Shown: positions 29,109 through 39,901, counted from the stretch's first letter. The stretch is 64,000 nucleotides of DNA from Microcoleus sp. (GCA_052279835.1 CP181291.1:5088001-5152000), one strand, 5' to 3'. The notes: generated by a model not told the origin, from the sequence alone. Translations and numbers: made by a program.

Positions 29109-31493
29109 ATGTCTCTCAATCCCGGAGATGAACTGACCGGACGCTATAAAATCATTAATAAATTAGGACAGGGAGGAGCAGCCATAACCTACACAGCTCA
29201 AGATTTACAAAACCCCTCAAATCCACCCTGCGTCATTAAAGAAATTCCTTTTCCACATACCGAAAATCCCTTGGTACTAAAAAAAGCTAGGAACCGATTT
29301 CAACAAGAAGTTTTGGCTTTGCAGACTTTGGGAAATGATTCGCGCATTCCCACATTATTAAATCACTTTGAGGAAAATGATAATTTTTACATAGTTCAAG
29401 AATTTATTACAGGAACTGCCATAAGTCAAGAACTCCTTACAGCAAAAAATCAGTGGAATGAAGCACAGGCGATTTCCTTTTTACGAGAAATTCTTGAAAT
29501 CTTACAACTTGTTCACGACGCAAATATTATTCATCGCGATCTGACACCTTCTAACTTAATTAGGTCTACAACAGGGAATAAAATTGTTCTGATTGATTTT
29601 GGAGCGGTCAGAGAAGTCAGCACTTTGACTTCTAACAGTACAGGTGAAATATTGACATCAAAAGCATGGGGCACAACAGGTTATATGCCAGCAGAGCAAT
29701 ACAATCCCCAGTCAATTCCCCAACCATATAATGATATTTATGCAGTAGGAATTATCACGATTCAAGCTCTCACCGGGCGTCGTCCGACAAATCTGCCACA
29801 AGACCCTGATAGTTGCGAATTTATCTGGACTCATTTAACATCCGATCGCCTGAGCGACCCACTCAAAAATATCTTAACCAAGATGGTGCACTTTAACTTT
29901 AAAGACCGCTACCAATCTGCTACCGAGGTGTTGCAAGCCTTAAAGCCACTTGTAGCACCAGTCAAGTCAAAACCCAGAAAAAATTCACCCCACTTTCGTT
30001 GGTTACTATTCGGCCTTGCGGGAGTAGCCTCTGCATTAATCATCGCCTATTCTTTCTCCTTATTTCGACCAGCAATTCCTTCACTAGCCTCTGTAGAGGG
30101 TATCAGTTCAGGAGAAAAACTCCTCATTCAAACCTCGCCACTGTGGTCAAAACAAAGAGGAATCAATGAGTTTGCCGATTTAAATTATCCAGAAGCTTTA
30201 AAATTGCTCAAACAGTCTTGGAAAGAAGACCGTAAAGACCCAGAAACTTTAATTTACATCAACAATGCCCTGCTCAAATCAATCAACGCAGAATATTACA
30301 CCATCGCAATAGTCGTTCCCGTCCGCAGAAATCAGGACGGCAGCATTTTCAATGCCAACTTAGCAGAAGAACTGCTGCGCGGCATTGCTCAGGCTCAAAC
30401 AGAAGTTAATTTAAGTCTCATCACTCCCAGTAATAGCAATAAAGACTTTCCCGGTCAAGAATTACTCGAAACAAAACCTCTTAAACGCAAAGGACTGAGA
30501 GTCATCATCGCCGATGACGGCAATATCAAATCCTACGCAGTTAAAAGAGCAAATTCTCTGGTTGCTCAGCCCGATATTTTAGCAGTCATCGGACACTACA
30601 CCAGCGACATGACCGTGGAAACAGTAGATATTTACAATCAAAATAAACTAATCGCTATTTCTCCGGGAAGCACAACAGAAGAACTGACACGCAAACCCCG
30701 GAAATTTTTCTTTCGGACGGCGCCGACAACTAGCATAGAAGCTGAAGGTTTAGTAAATCAACTAATCTCCGTCGATCGGAAAAAAGTTGCAGTATTTTAC
30801 AATCCCAACAGTCCCTTCAGCGCTTCGTTGTGGGAAGAATTCAAAAAACAATTTGAAGCCCTAGGAGGAACGACTTTTAGAATTAATAATTATTACGATT
30901 TATCTAAAAATAATTTTAACGCCCCAGCAGCAATCGCCGAAGTTGAAAAAGAGGGTAAAATAGCCATACTTGTGATTCCAGATGGTCAAGTCACCAGTTC
31001 CCTAGAAAATGCGATCGAAATGATTAAAGCTAACAACGATCGCAATTGGATTGTCGGGCCTTGGACGCTGTACGAAACAAGAACATTAGAATTAGCCAAG
31101 AAATTGAAATCTGTTAACAAACTGGGAATATCCGTGTTTTGGCATCCGTTAATCAGTTTTGACAAAAAATTTCCGCTAAACGCTGAAAAATTGTGGGGAG
31201 GTCCGGTAAATACTCGATCGGCCTTAACCTACGACGCAGCCCAAACACTGATTAAAGCCCTAGAAATACAGCAGCAACCAAGTCGGGAGGGAATGCAACA
31301 AACCTTAGCATCACCAAATTTTCAAGCCAGTGGAGCCACGGGTATAATTGAATTTGACCCAAACACCGGCAATCGAAAAAACTCTCCTAAACGATTGGCG
31401 CACATTGTTCCGTGTTCTAGAGAACAATTTGGCCTGACATTTGTGCCGATCGAATTTCCCACAGCCGCCGCCGCAGGTTTAAAATGCGAGTGA
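29109..31493 (+). CDS. Ser/Thr protein kinase fused via a TM segment to a periplasmic binding (LivJ-like) domain
   Basis: LGQGG, VIKE, HRDLTPSN, IDFG and GYMPAEQ; the C-terminal part has AVIGHYTSD and FFRTAP. Confidence 0.9.
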   Translation: MSLNPGDELTGRYKIINKLGQGGAAITYTAQDLQNPSNPPCVIKEIPFPHTENPLVLKKARNRFQQEVLALQTLGNDSRIPTLLNHFEENDNFYIVQEFITGTAISQELLTAKNQWNEAQAISFLREILEILQLVHDANIIHRDLTPSNLIRSTTGNKIVLIDFGAVREVSTLTSNSTGEILTSKAWGTTGYMPAEQYNPQSIPQPYNDIYAVGIITIQALTGRRPTNLPQDPDSCEFIWTHLTSDRLSDPLKNILTKMVHFNFKDRYQSATEVLQALKPLVAPVKSKPRKNSPHFRWLLFGLAGVASALIIAYSFSLFRPAIPSLASVEGISSGEKLLIQTSPLWSKQRGINEFADLNYPEALKLLKQSWKEDRKDPETLIYINNALLKSINAEYYTIAIVVPVRRNQDGSIFNANLAEELLRGIAQAQTEVNLSLITPSNSNKDFPGQELLETKPLKRKGLRVIIADDGNIKSYAVKRANSLVAQPDILAVIGHYTSDMTVETVDIYNQNKLIAISPGSTTEELTRKPRKFFFRTAPTTSIEAEGLVNQLISVDRKKVAVFYNPNSPFSASLWEEFKKQFEALGGTTFRINNYYDLSKNNFNAPAAIAEVEKEGKIAILVIPDGQVTSSLENAIEMIKANNDRNWIVGPWTLYETRTLELAKKLKSVNKLGISVFWHPLISFDKKFPLNAEKLWGGPVNTRSALTYDAAQTLIKALEIQQQPSREGMQQTLASPNFQASGATGIIEFDPNTGNRKNSPKRLAHIVPCSREQFGLTFVPIEFPTAAAAGLKCE

Positions 31494-31497
31494 ATTA

Positions 31498-31618
31498 ATA
31501 TCTTGCACCATTCTCAACAAACCTGTACGGGCGGGTTTTACAAACCATTTCTGCCTAAAATCAATAATTTCATAAACTCGCCCCGCCCGGTGTCACTCTC
31601 GCCACAAGTGCAACATAT
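31498..31618. mobile_element. MITE-like element with an internal degenerate REP
   Basis: Terminal inverted repeats ATATCTTGCAC / GTGCAACATAT (10/11 match) enclosing GTACGGGCGGGTTT...AAACTCGCCC. Confidence 0.55.
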
Positions 31619-31668
31619 CAATTTATTAGATATATTGAACAAGGCTAGTTTTTTTTATAGGAACACTT

Positions 31669-32388
31669 ATGAATGTCAATCTCGCTCCCTCACCCGGTTC
31701 TACTCTCAAACCAGAAGCCCAGAATATCTGTGCACTCAAACAAGTCTTCCAGACAATTGATGCCCATAGCTGTCCGGGTTCCTATAACTTCCATATGCAC
31801 ACAGTCTACTCGGATGGACGCTTGCAGCCAGAGGAATTGCTCCAAAAAGCGATCGCCCTTGGTGTCAAAGGCTTAGCTATTACAGACCACCATAGCACCA
31901 AAGGCTACGAAAAAGCTCAAATTTGGTTAGATAATTGGAAATTAGAGCATCCCGATAACAATAGCACCATACCCACTCTGTGGACAGGGGTGGAAATTAA
32001 TGCTGAATTACTCAATAACGATGTACATATTCTCGGTTATGGCTTCGATCCGCAACATTCCAGTCTCCAACCCTACTTAGGAGGTAAAGGTACAGAAGGA
32101 ACTTATTTGTATGCAGCCACCAGGGTAATTGAAGCTATTCATGAAGCAGGAGGTTTAGCCGTTCTCGCCCATCCCTGTCGGTATCGTTCTACCGCCGATA
32201 AATTAATCCCAGAAGCTGCTCATTTTGGGATTGATGGTGTAGAAATTTACTATGCCTATGGCAATCCAAATCCTTGGAAACCAAGCCCCAAACAAACTGC
32301 TTTAGTTAAAGATTTAGCAGAAACTCACGGTTTGCTTGGAACTTGTGGAACTGATTCTCACGGCTTGAGTCTTTTAGTCAGAATCTAG
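31669..32388 (+). CDS. PHP domain phosphoesterase
   Basis: HMHTVYSDG, ITDHH, LAHP and GTDSHG. Confidence 0.9.
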   Translation: MNVNLAPSPGSTLKPEAQNICALKQVFQTIDAHSCPGSYNFHMHTVYSDGRLQPEELLQKAIALGVKGLAITDHHSTKGYEKAQIWLDNWKLEHPDNNSTIPTLWTGVEINAELLNNDVHILGYGFDPQHSSLQPYLGGKGTEGTYLYAATRVIEAIHEAGGLAVLAHPCRYRSTADKLIPEAAHFGIDGVEIYYAYGNPNPWKPSPKQTALVKDLAETHGLLGTCGTDSHGLSLLVRI

Positions 32389-32436
32389 ATATTTTGGGCA
32401 TTGCGAAGTGGGTAGCAACTAAATAATGACTACTAA

Positions 32437-33603
32437 CTACCGTTCGGGAAACAACTGACAAGCCCTGTTAGTTGGTTGATTTGCCCAATCCAAACGAGAA
32501 TTCCCAAACCGATCCATCCAACCTTCCAAATAAACCCGATTAGCCTTTCTTTCCTCTGGATTAGATGTATTCATTGGATGAGGTGCTAAACCCAAAATAG
32601 TCGCCGTTGTCACGCAAAACATCGACTTTTGAAAACTCTGACAAATTTGCACTCGCACATCATCTTCGCCTCGACAGCTAGTGCGATAAACTTCTTGCAA
32701 ATACTCCGGCAAAAAATGCCGCATATCTTGCATCAATTGAGTTGGCGGAATTCCCGCGCCGCCAATCGGTAAAGGATCGGCAAACAAAGCACCATAGCTA
32801 AAGTCTCTTTGTTGTTCCGGGATTTGATGAGCTTGAGCGTTGTAGGAAACTACTCCAAAAAATGCAGTTCCCCGAAAGAAAATTGACTCGACATAGGGAA
32901 TCGCTACATCTGCTAAAAATGTCAATCCAGCCTCTGGAGGAATGATATCGTAGACTTGATCGCTAATCTTGACGCTGTAGGTAATTGGTAAACTGGCGGC
33001 AGCCACTAACCCAGCTTTGACAAAATCAACTACGTCAGCAATAGACTTAGTTTCCCCTCGATCGTAGGAATCAGATAAGTCCATAAACAAATCGCTCATT
33101 ACCCGCCAAAACTGACCTAAACCGGTGTAGTAAGCCAGCATCCGCACTTGTTCCGGCAAAAAATCAGGAAATGCTTTATGGAGTCCCTGCATGAAAAAAT
33201 TGCCTTTTAATTTAGCAGCGATCGCCTTTTCCACCAAATTATCAAACTCCGGGGAATCCAAATAACTATCCAAGCCCCCGCCGCCGTGCCAAAGCATGGT
33301 TTTCATGCAATATTCGGCATACTCAAAATTTATGCGATCGTGCCACAAATAACGCATTAATTTGGGCAGAGTAACTTCCCCATTGAAATATTTAAAAAAT
33401 GGGAAAAGCACTAAAAATTGTTCTTCTGCAATGTAGTTGAGATTCCGAGAATAGGCATCTAAAACAACTCCATAACTTTTAAGAACGCCGACAACTTCTA
33501 TTAAATTTTCCGTAGAATCCGGTAGTAAAGCTTTGCCTGATTCCAAGATGTCAATGTATGCTGAGAGAGGATGAGAAGATGGTTTTAATACGGTACTTGT
33601 CAT
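32437..33603 (-). CDS. cupB: CO2 hydration protein CupB (ChpX)
   Basis: HDRINFEYAEYC, GAGIPPTQLMQDMRHFLP; length ~388 aa and linkage to ndhD4/F4. Confidence 0.88.
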   Translation of the reverse strand: MTSTVLKPSSHPLSAYIDILESGKALLPDSTENLIEVVGVLKSYGVVLDAYSRNLNYIAEEQFLVLFPFFKYFNGEVTLPKLMRYLWHDRINFEYAEYCMKTMLWHGGGGLDSYLDSPEFDNLVEKAIAAKLKGNFFMQGLHKAFPDFLPEQVRMLAYYTGLGQFWRVMSDLFMDLSDSYDRGETKSIADVVDFVKAGLVAAASLPITYSVKISDQVYDIIPPEAGLTFLADVAIPYVESIFFRGTAFFGVVSYNAQAHQIPEQQRDFSYGALFADPLPIGGAGIPPTQLMQDMRHFLPEYLQEVYRTSCRGEDDVRVQICQSFQKSMFCVTTATILGLAPHPMNTSNPEERKANRVYLEGWMDRFGNSRLDWANQPTNRACQLFPER

Positions 33604-33726
33604 TTTAATTTAACCTTAAATGAAGGAAGAAGGAAGAAGGAAGAAGGAAGAAAGATGTTTGTAGTAACAACTTTAGTCCTTTCATGATGGACTAAAAGCT
33701 TTTCAGATATAGCATTTCTTGGTCTA

Positions 33727-34108
33727 GTAGGGACACTGCCGTGGGGATCATTCAGAATTTGCAAATATATCGGTAGGGGCGAAGCATGACCGTAGTAAAT
33801 CCTTCCTTTTAACCAATAACTTATCTGCCGGAATGCGAGAGCCCTTACAAAATCGGGATTCTCCCCTGCCCAAGGAGTGTCAACTTAAGCTGTCAGCCCG
33901 CCCCGTGTCCGTTAGTCATTCATCAAGTCCGCCAGGGGTTGAAACCCCTGTCTAATAGCGAAAGTCCTCTCAAACAGGACTGAAGAGAAGAATCTCAACT
34001 CATTAGTCCTCTTTTAGAGGACTAATGAGTTGAGACAGGGGTTGAAACCCCTGTCGGACTATCGGTTTGACGTTAAGTTGACACCAATGTCCCCTGCCGT
34101 GTCCCTAC
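33727..34108. mobile_element. Nested cluster of REP and MITE elements between ndhD4 and cupB
   Basis: Outer GTAGGGACAC...GTGTCCCTAC. Inside are a family D element (33743-33866) and a GTGTCAACTTAA...TTAAGTTGACAC element (~33871-34089), which itself contains a REPIN (33926-34060). Confidence 0.75.
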
Positions 34109-34122
34109 AGCTAGGTCATATT

Positions 34123-35637
34123 TTATGGTGAGTTTTGAGCGATCGCATTAACTTGTGGTGGCACATTAGCTACCATGGCGATCGCAGTTTTCTCACTCAA
34201 AGCCACAATCACTCCCGGCTGCACTCCCATAATCAGAATAATCACAGCCAATACCAAAGAAGGAATGCGATCGCCCCAACGCACTTGTGGTAAACTCACC
34301 ACCAAATCCGAAAGCCGACCAAAAAAAGCACGGTTGACCATAATTAAAAAATAAACTGAAGTCAAACCCGTGCCGATCATGCACAGCAAAGTTTGCACCG
34401 GAAACACTTGCAAGCTACCGCGAAATACCAAAAATTCAGCAATAAATCCAGCCAAACCTGGAATACCCGCACTAGCCATCACCCCGAGAATCATTAAACT
34501 ACCAATCATCGGCAAACCTCGATCGGGATTAAACAAACCCCGCAGCACATCTAAATTGCGACTACCTGATTTTCGGTAAACAACACCGACGGTTAAAAAC
34601 AGTAGCGCCGAAATTAAACCGTGGCTTACCATTTGTAAAACAGTACCCAACATACTCACCGGAGTAGCCGCAGCGCTAGCCAACAGAATGTAGCCCATGT
34701 GAGCGATCGAACTATAAGCTACCATTTTCTTCATATCTTTTTGGGCGATCGCGCAACTAGCCCCATAAAGCACACTGACAACAGCCCAACTCGCCAGCCA
34801 AGGTGCAGCCACCGCCCACGCATCAGGAAACAAACCCAAGCCAAATCGCAGCATCCCGTAGGTTCCTAACTTCAAAAGCACCCCAGCCAGCAACACCGAA
34901 ACCGGAGTCGAAGCTTCTACGTGAGCATCAGGAAGCCAAGTATGAAAAGGCACTAAAGGCATCTTAATCCCAAAAGCCAATAACACCCCAGCCAGTAACA
35001 CAATTTGCCTCACCAAAGGCAAAGGTAAAGCACCCTGCAAATGCGATGCACCCACAGCACCAACAATATCAAAACTAGAAGCACCACTCAGCCAAACCGT
35101 CCCCAAGAAAGATGCCAGCAGCACAATCCCAGCAAACGCAGTATAGATTAAAAACTTAGTAGCAGCATAACCCCGACGTTCGCCTCCCCAAATCGCAATT
35201 AACAGGTAAAGGGGGATTAGTTCCACCTCAAAAAACAGGAAAAAGAGCAGCAAATTTTGAGCTAAAAAAGCGCCATTCACGCCACCCATTATCAGCAAAA
35301 TCAAAGAATAATAAATTCGAGGTCTGCGAATAAACTCATCTGTACTGTAAATAGCCACCCCAGTCAGGAGAGCATTTAAAATCACCAAAGGCAGAGACAA
35401 ACCATCAACACCCAGATTGTAGTTCAATCCCAAAACATCTATCCAAGGCAGAAATTCTACAAACTGCAACTGACTCGCATTTATATCAAACTGAGCCGCT
35501 AGAATCACCGATAAAATCAAAGTTATACCTGCCATCGCCAGGGCCAGATTGCGCACAATTTTAGAACTAACCGCGCTAGGCCAAAACCCAATCAGAGCCG
35601 CCCCCAATATTGGTATCCAAATTAAAGCACTAAGCAT
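34123..35637 (-). CDS. ndhD4: NDH-1 subunit D4 (constitutive CO2 uptake)
   Basis: NuoM/NdhD motifs (FHTWLPDAHVEAST, AYSSIAHMG); adjacent to cupB. Confidence 0.88.
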   Translation of the reverse strand: MLSALIWIPILGAALIGFWPSAVSSKIVRNLALAMAGITLILSVILAAQFDINASQLQFVEFLPWIDVLGLNYNLGVDGLSLPLVILNALLTGVAIYSTDEFIRRPRIYYSLILLIMGGVNGAFLAQNLLLFFLFFEVELIPLYLLIAIWGGERRGYAATKFLIYTAFAGIVLLASFLGTVWLSGASSFDIVGAVGASHLQGALPLPLVRQIVLLAGVLLAFGIKMPLVPFHTWLPDAHVEASTPVSVLLAGVLLKLGTYGMLRFGLGLFPDAWAVAAPWLASWAVVSVLYGASCAIAQKDMKKMVAYSSIAHMGYILLASAAATPVSMLGTVLQMVSHGLISALLFLTVGVVYRKSGSRNLDVLRGLFNPDRGLPMIGSLMILGVMASAGIPGLAGFIAEFLVFRGSLQVFPVQTLLCMIGTGLTSVYFLIMVNRAFFGRLSDLVVSLPQVRWGDRIPSLVLAVIILIMGVQPGVIVALSEKTAIAMVANVPPQVNAIAQNSP

Positions 35638-35764
35638 CAATTAAAACTTTCCTTTACTACAACTTTTAAAACTATGTTTAAGATTAGCGCAAACCCAGAC
35701 AAGATAAAAGCGATCGGCTGATTTTTTTTGTTAACATAGGTTCAGATGTATTTGGAACCATCCT

Positions 35765-36388
35765 ATGACCTCAAGTCTTACAGAAAGTCTCACAGACCGG
35801 GAAGATTTGCAAGTTCGATCGGCATACCCTTCCACCCGCCTCACAGTTGCCGACTTGGAACAACTGCAAGGTATACTCTGCGAAGCACAGCTAGACTACC
35901 AATTAGAACTCGTAGACGGGAAGATTATCGTTATGGGCGGATCAGACATTGTATCGAGCGAAATAGGGGCAGAGTTCAGCAGACTTTTGCTTAACTGGGT
36001 CAAACCCCGCAAATTGGGACGAGTGTTTGAATCTAGTGGCGGGTTTATTCTCCCGAATTCCGATCTGAGAGTTCCTGATGTTTCTTTTGTGGTAGCCTCG
36101 CGCCTCAAGCAAAGTAAAAGGTATTTTGCCGAACTCGTTCCCGACTTAGTTGTAGAAATCAAATCTCAGTCCGATCGCATTAAACCCATGCGAGAAAAAA
36201 TCCTCTCATTTCTCGAACTCGGAGCAAAAGTAGGAATATTAATCGATCCAGACAAATGCACAGTCACAATTTACCGCCCCGCAACCGAACCAGTTATATT
36301 GAGAGATGGAGACATTATTTCAATTCCTGAACTATTACCTGGTTGGGAAGTTCCCGTTGCAGAATTATGGCCGATCGAGTTTGAGTAA
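35765..36388 (+). CDS. Uma2 (DUF820) family putative restriction endonuclease
   Basis: ELVDGKIIVM, RVPDVSF, PDLVVEIKS, GILIDP and ELLPGW. Confidence 0.92.
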   Translation: MTSSLTESLTDREDLQVRSAYPSTRLTVADLEQLQGILCEAQLDYQLELVDGKIIVMGGSDIVSSEIGAEFSRLLLNWVKPRKLGRVFESSGGFILPNSDLRVPDVSFVVASRLKQSKRYFAELVPDLVVEIKSQSDRIKPMREKILSFLELGAKVGILIDPDKCTVTIYRPATEPVILRDGDIISIPELLPGWEVPVAELWPIEFE

Positions 36389-36453
36389 AATTGGATAAAA
36401 AGCAGACAAACCCAGAATAAAATCATCTGCTCTCATCTGCTCTCATCTGCGGT

Positions 36454-38328
36454 TTAAAACAACCAAACTATCAAAGCCAGCAATACAGCCACTCCCCCAG
36501 CAATAGTCAACACATAAAACTGGGACTGACCATTACCACTATACTTCAAACCTTCGCCACTGAAAATGGTGGCAAAACCAAACAAATTCACCACGCCATC
36601 CACCACATACCTGTCAGTCCAAGCACTCATCTTAGAAATAGAATCAACTGCCCAAACCACAGTCAAACGGTAAACGCGATCGATATAAAAATCGTAAGCC
36701 AACAAATCCTGCACAGCCGGAATCGGTAATCGCACAGGCTTGGGTATCACCCCATACCAATAGATAGCCACCCCGATCGCACAACCAATAAACCCAGATA
36801 ACATCAACAACGGTGTATCCAAAGTTTTCAACAGCAAATTTAAACTATCAAAATCTCCAGTCTCAGCCCAAGGTCCACTCCAACTAATTAATAATTGCCA
36901 CCGCTGCAACATCCAAGGCACTAATAGTCCCGTAACAGTTAAAATTACCATTGGCACAGCCATTAGCCATCCGACTTCTGGAGTTCGGTGAGTTTTTGGC
37001 TGCGGTTTTCCGACAAACACCAAACCAAATACGCGAGTTAAATTGAGCGCCGTCAAACAATTAACTAACAGCAGCACAACTACCAACCATAAAGGTACTG
37101 TCCAAAAACCATTCAGCCAGCGCCGCATTGCCCAAAAATTCCCTAGTGGCAACAGTGCTACCATCCCCGCAGCGCCTACTACAAAAGCCGCAGTCGTGGC
37201 GGGCATTCTCGACCATAAGCCACCCATTTCTGTTAAATCTTGAGTGTTGGTGGTCGAAATAATCGACCCAGCGCTCATGAATAATAGTGCCTTGGAAATC
37301 GAGTGTGCAAACAGTAACAGCAAAGCAATGTCAACTTGATTTAACCCCACCGCGATAAACACCAAACCTAAAGAAGCGCTCGTGGAATGGGAGAATGTTC
37401 TTTTGAGGTCGATTTGGGCGATCGCCACTAAAGAAGCCCCAACCGCCGTCACCGCACCCAAAACCACCAACACCGCACCAGTCATCGGCGACAGCGCCAA
37501 AACCGGCTGAAGTTTAATCAAAACATAAGCCCCACCACCCACAACTACCGTATTCCGCATAATTGAAGCTGGGTTCGGCCCTTCCATCGCCTCGTCTAGC
37601 CACAAATGGAAGGGAAATTGAGCGCACTTAGCCGTAGGTGCGGCAATTAAAGCCAAACCTAATAAATTCCCAACTACAGGAGATAAAGTTGCCGATTCTG
37701 CCCATGTTTCTAAATCCGAAAAATTCAAACTTCCTGCTAAAGTAGAAAGTGTCACTACTCCCATCAGCAGGGGTACATCTCCCACTCGTTTGGTTAAAAA
37801 CGCATCACGAGCCGCTGTGACTACCAGGGGTTGAGCGTACCAAAATCCTACTAGCAAGTAAGTTGAAAGTGTCAGCATTTCCAACAAAGCGTAAGTTAGA
37901 AGCAGCGAATCGCTAATTGCAATGCCACTAATTGCTGCTTCAAAAAAACCCAGCAACCCGAAAAATCGAGCCATCGCCCAGTCTTTTTCCATGTAGCCCA
38001 AAGCATAAATTTGTGCTAGCAAACTTAGAAATGCCACCAACTCCATTGCGCCCACACTTACGGTAGAGATTTCTAGGGCAAAAGATAGGTTTAAGTCTGT
38101 TACTTGCACCCAGTTGAGCAGCAATTGTTGAGGTGGTTCATTCCAAGTTTCTCTGAAAATAACTGACCCGTGGATAAAAGCCAACACAGTCATCAACAAA
38201 TTGAAATAAGCCGCTGGTCTGGGCCCTGTTTTGCGAATTGTTCCCGTAGACCAAGGCAAAGTTAAAATAGCGCCTATTAAGCCATATAAAGGTACCCACC
38301 AACAGGTTTGGAGGAGCAATGGATTCAT
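36454..38328 (-). CDS. ndhF4: NDH-1 subunit F4
   Basis: GPRPAAY, AARDAFLTKRVGD and WLDEAMEGPNPAS; context with ndhD4/cupB. Confidence 0.88.
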   Translation of the reverse strand: MNPLLLQTCWWVPLYGLIGAILTLPWSTGTIRKTGPRPAAYFNLLMTVLAFIHGSVIFRETWNEPPQQLLLNWVQVTDLNLSFALEISTVSVGAMELVAFLSLLAQIYALGYMEKDWAMARFFGLLGFFEAAISGIAISDSLLLTYALLEMLTLSTYLLVGFWYAQPLVVTAARDAFLTKRVGDVPLLMGVVTLSTLAGSLNFSDLETWAESATLSPVVGNLLGLALIAAPTAKCAQFPFHLWLDEAMEGPNPASIMRNTVVVGGGAYVLIKLQPVLALSPMTGAVLVVLGAVTAVGASLVAIAQIDLKRTFSHSTSASLGLVFIAVGLNQVDIALLLLFAHSISKALLFMSAGSIISTTNTQDLTEMGGLWSRMPATTAAFVVGAAGMVALLPLGNFWAMRRWLNGFWTVPLWLVVVLLLVNCLTALNLTRVFGLVFVGKPQPKTHRTPEVGWLMAVPMVILTVTGLLVPWMLQRWQLLISWSGPWAETGDFDSLNLLLKTLDTPLLMLSGFIGCAIGVAIYWYGVIPKPVRLPIPAVQDLLAYDFYIDRVYRLTVVWAVDSISKMSAWTDRYVVDGVVNLFGFATIFSGEGLKYSGNGQSQFYVLTIAGGVAVLLALIVWLF

Positions 38329-38826
38329 GAATTTATCCTGATAAATTTGGATTTTACTGCTGTCTTTATGAAAAAATATCCGCGAGCGATCGCACCCTGG
38401 AATTTTGGCTAAACGTGATTGTATAGTTTTGGCAAAATTTTTTGCACTAATTTTAACTATACCTTAAAGAACTCAAACTGAGAATTCTATCACTGAGAAA
38501 TTAGTTTTTACCGCATAAGCGAACTCTACTTGACAAGTATTTTTACTTAGCGGACTCTCCAATTGCCACCTGCATCTACTCCTGACTATGTTAAGTTTAT
38601 TAAAAAAATATTAAATCATTTTAAGGATCATAAAATATTTTAATTTTTGTTATTAAACATTATGATGTTGGTTTATATTGTCAAGGTACACAGCTTAGCC
38701 TATTCTTAGAGGATAGGAAGCTTTAAACCGTTTTTCTAAATAATCTGGGCTCCCCCGTCCAATTTTTAAAATTGGTCAAAGATTTGTAACGGTAATTCCA
38801 CTAACTCTCGCTTAGGAGATTCAAAA

Positions 38827-39138
38827 ATGTCAATTGCCGTGGGAATGATTGAGACAAAAGGTTTTCCCGCTGTTGTGGAAGCTGCCGACGCTATGGTCAA
38901 AGCTGCTCGTGTCACCCTCGTGGGCTATGAAAAAATTGGCAGCGCCCGCGTCACAGTAATTGTGCGTGGTAACGTTTCGGAAGTCCAAGCCTCAGTAGCA
39001 GCAGGAGTCGAGTCCGTCAAACGGGTCAATGGCGGAGAAGTTGTCTCTACCCACATCATCGCCCGTCCCCACGAAAACCTAGAATATGTTTTACCGATTC
39101 GCTATACCGAAGCAGTCGAACAGTTCCGTGGCGACTAA
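38827..39138 (+). CDS. ccmK2: Carboxysome shell hexamer CcmK2
   Basis: BMC domain [29 protein letters not shown], 103 aa. Confidence 0.93.
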   Translation: MSIAVGMIETKGFPAVVEAADAMVKAARVTLVGYEKIGSARVTVIVRGNVSEVQASVAAGVESVKRVNGGEVVSTHIIARPHENLEYVLPIRYTEAVEQFRGD

Positions 39139-39235
39139 GTTCTCACCGCACAGAAACTTAGTTCCGTGAAAAATTAGTGCAACCGTCAAAAAAACATCGT
39201 TTAGTTCCCCCAATATTAAATCAGGAGTAGAAACA

Positions 39236-39577
39236 ATGGCAATTGCAGTTGGCATGATTGAAACTTTAGGCTTCCCGGCAGTCGTAGAAGCAGCCGACGC
39301 CATGGTCAAAGCAGCCCGCGTTACCCTAGTCGGGTACGAAAAAATCGGCAGCGCCCGCGTTACAGTCATCGTCAGAGGAGATGTCTCGGAAGTACAAGCT
39401 TCCGTCGCCGCTGGAGTAGAATCCGTCAAGCGTGTTAACGGTGGACAAGTTATGTCCACCCACATCATTGCCCGCCCTCACGAAAACTTGGAGTATGTAC
39501 TACCCATTCGCTACACCGAAGCTGTGGAACAATTCCGGGAAGGCGTGAGTGGCATTCGCCCACTCAATAGATCTTAA
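39236..39577 (+). CDS. ccmK1: Carboxysome shell hexamer CcmK1
   Basis: BMC domain with a ~10-aa C-terminal extension. Confidence 0.92.
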   Translation: MAIAVGMIETLGFPAVVEAADAMVKAARVTLVGYEKIGSARVTVIVRGDVSEVQASVAAGVESVKRVNGGQVMSTHIIARPHENLEYVLPIRYTEAVEQFREGVSGIRPLNRS

Positions 39578-39607
39578 AACAGGCGATCGTTCATTCAGCG
39601 TTTGGTA

Positions 39608-39885
39608 ATTAAAAATTAAAAATTAAAAATTAAAAATCCTGAGAGATTTTGATTTAGTATTTTTAATTTTTAATTGAGTAGGAGATGGCAGATTGGTTAT
39701 TAGTCATGAGTCATTAGTTATTAGTTATTAGTCATTAGTTATTAGTCATTAGTCATTAGTCATTAGTCACTAGACAAATAACTCTAAACAACTGACAACC
39801 GACTGAGACAAGCTGATTAAAAAAAAGACGAATGACTATAAAAATGACAATTACCAATTACCAATTACCAATTACCAATTACCAG
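39608..39885. repeat. Heptamer tandem repeats in inverted arrangement between ccmK1 and ccmL
   Basis: (AATTAAA)n/(TTTAATT)n, (TTAGTCA/TTAGTTA)n and (ATTACCA)n tracts. Confidence 0.8.
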
Positions 39886-39901
39886 CTACCTGTCACCTAA
39901 A

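Noticed and set aside
38827..39577. Near-duplicate genes as a recent duplication
   Set aside because: Standard ccmK2/ccmK1 pair.
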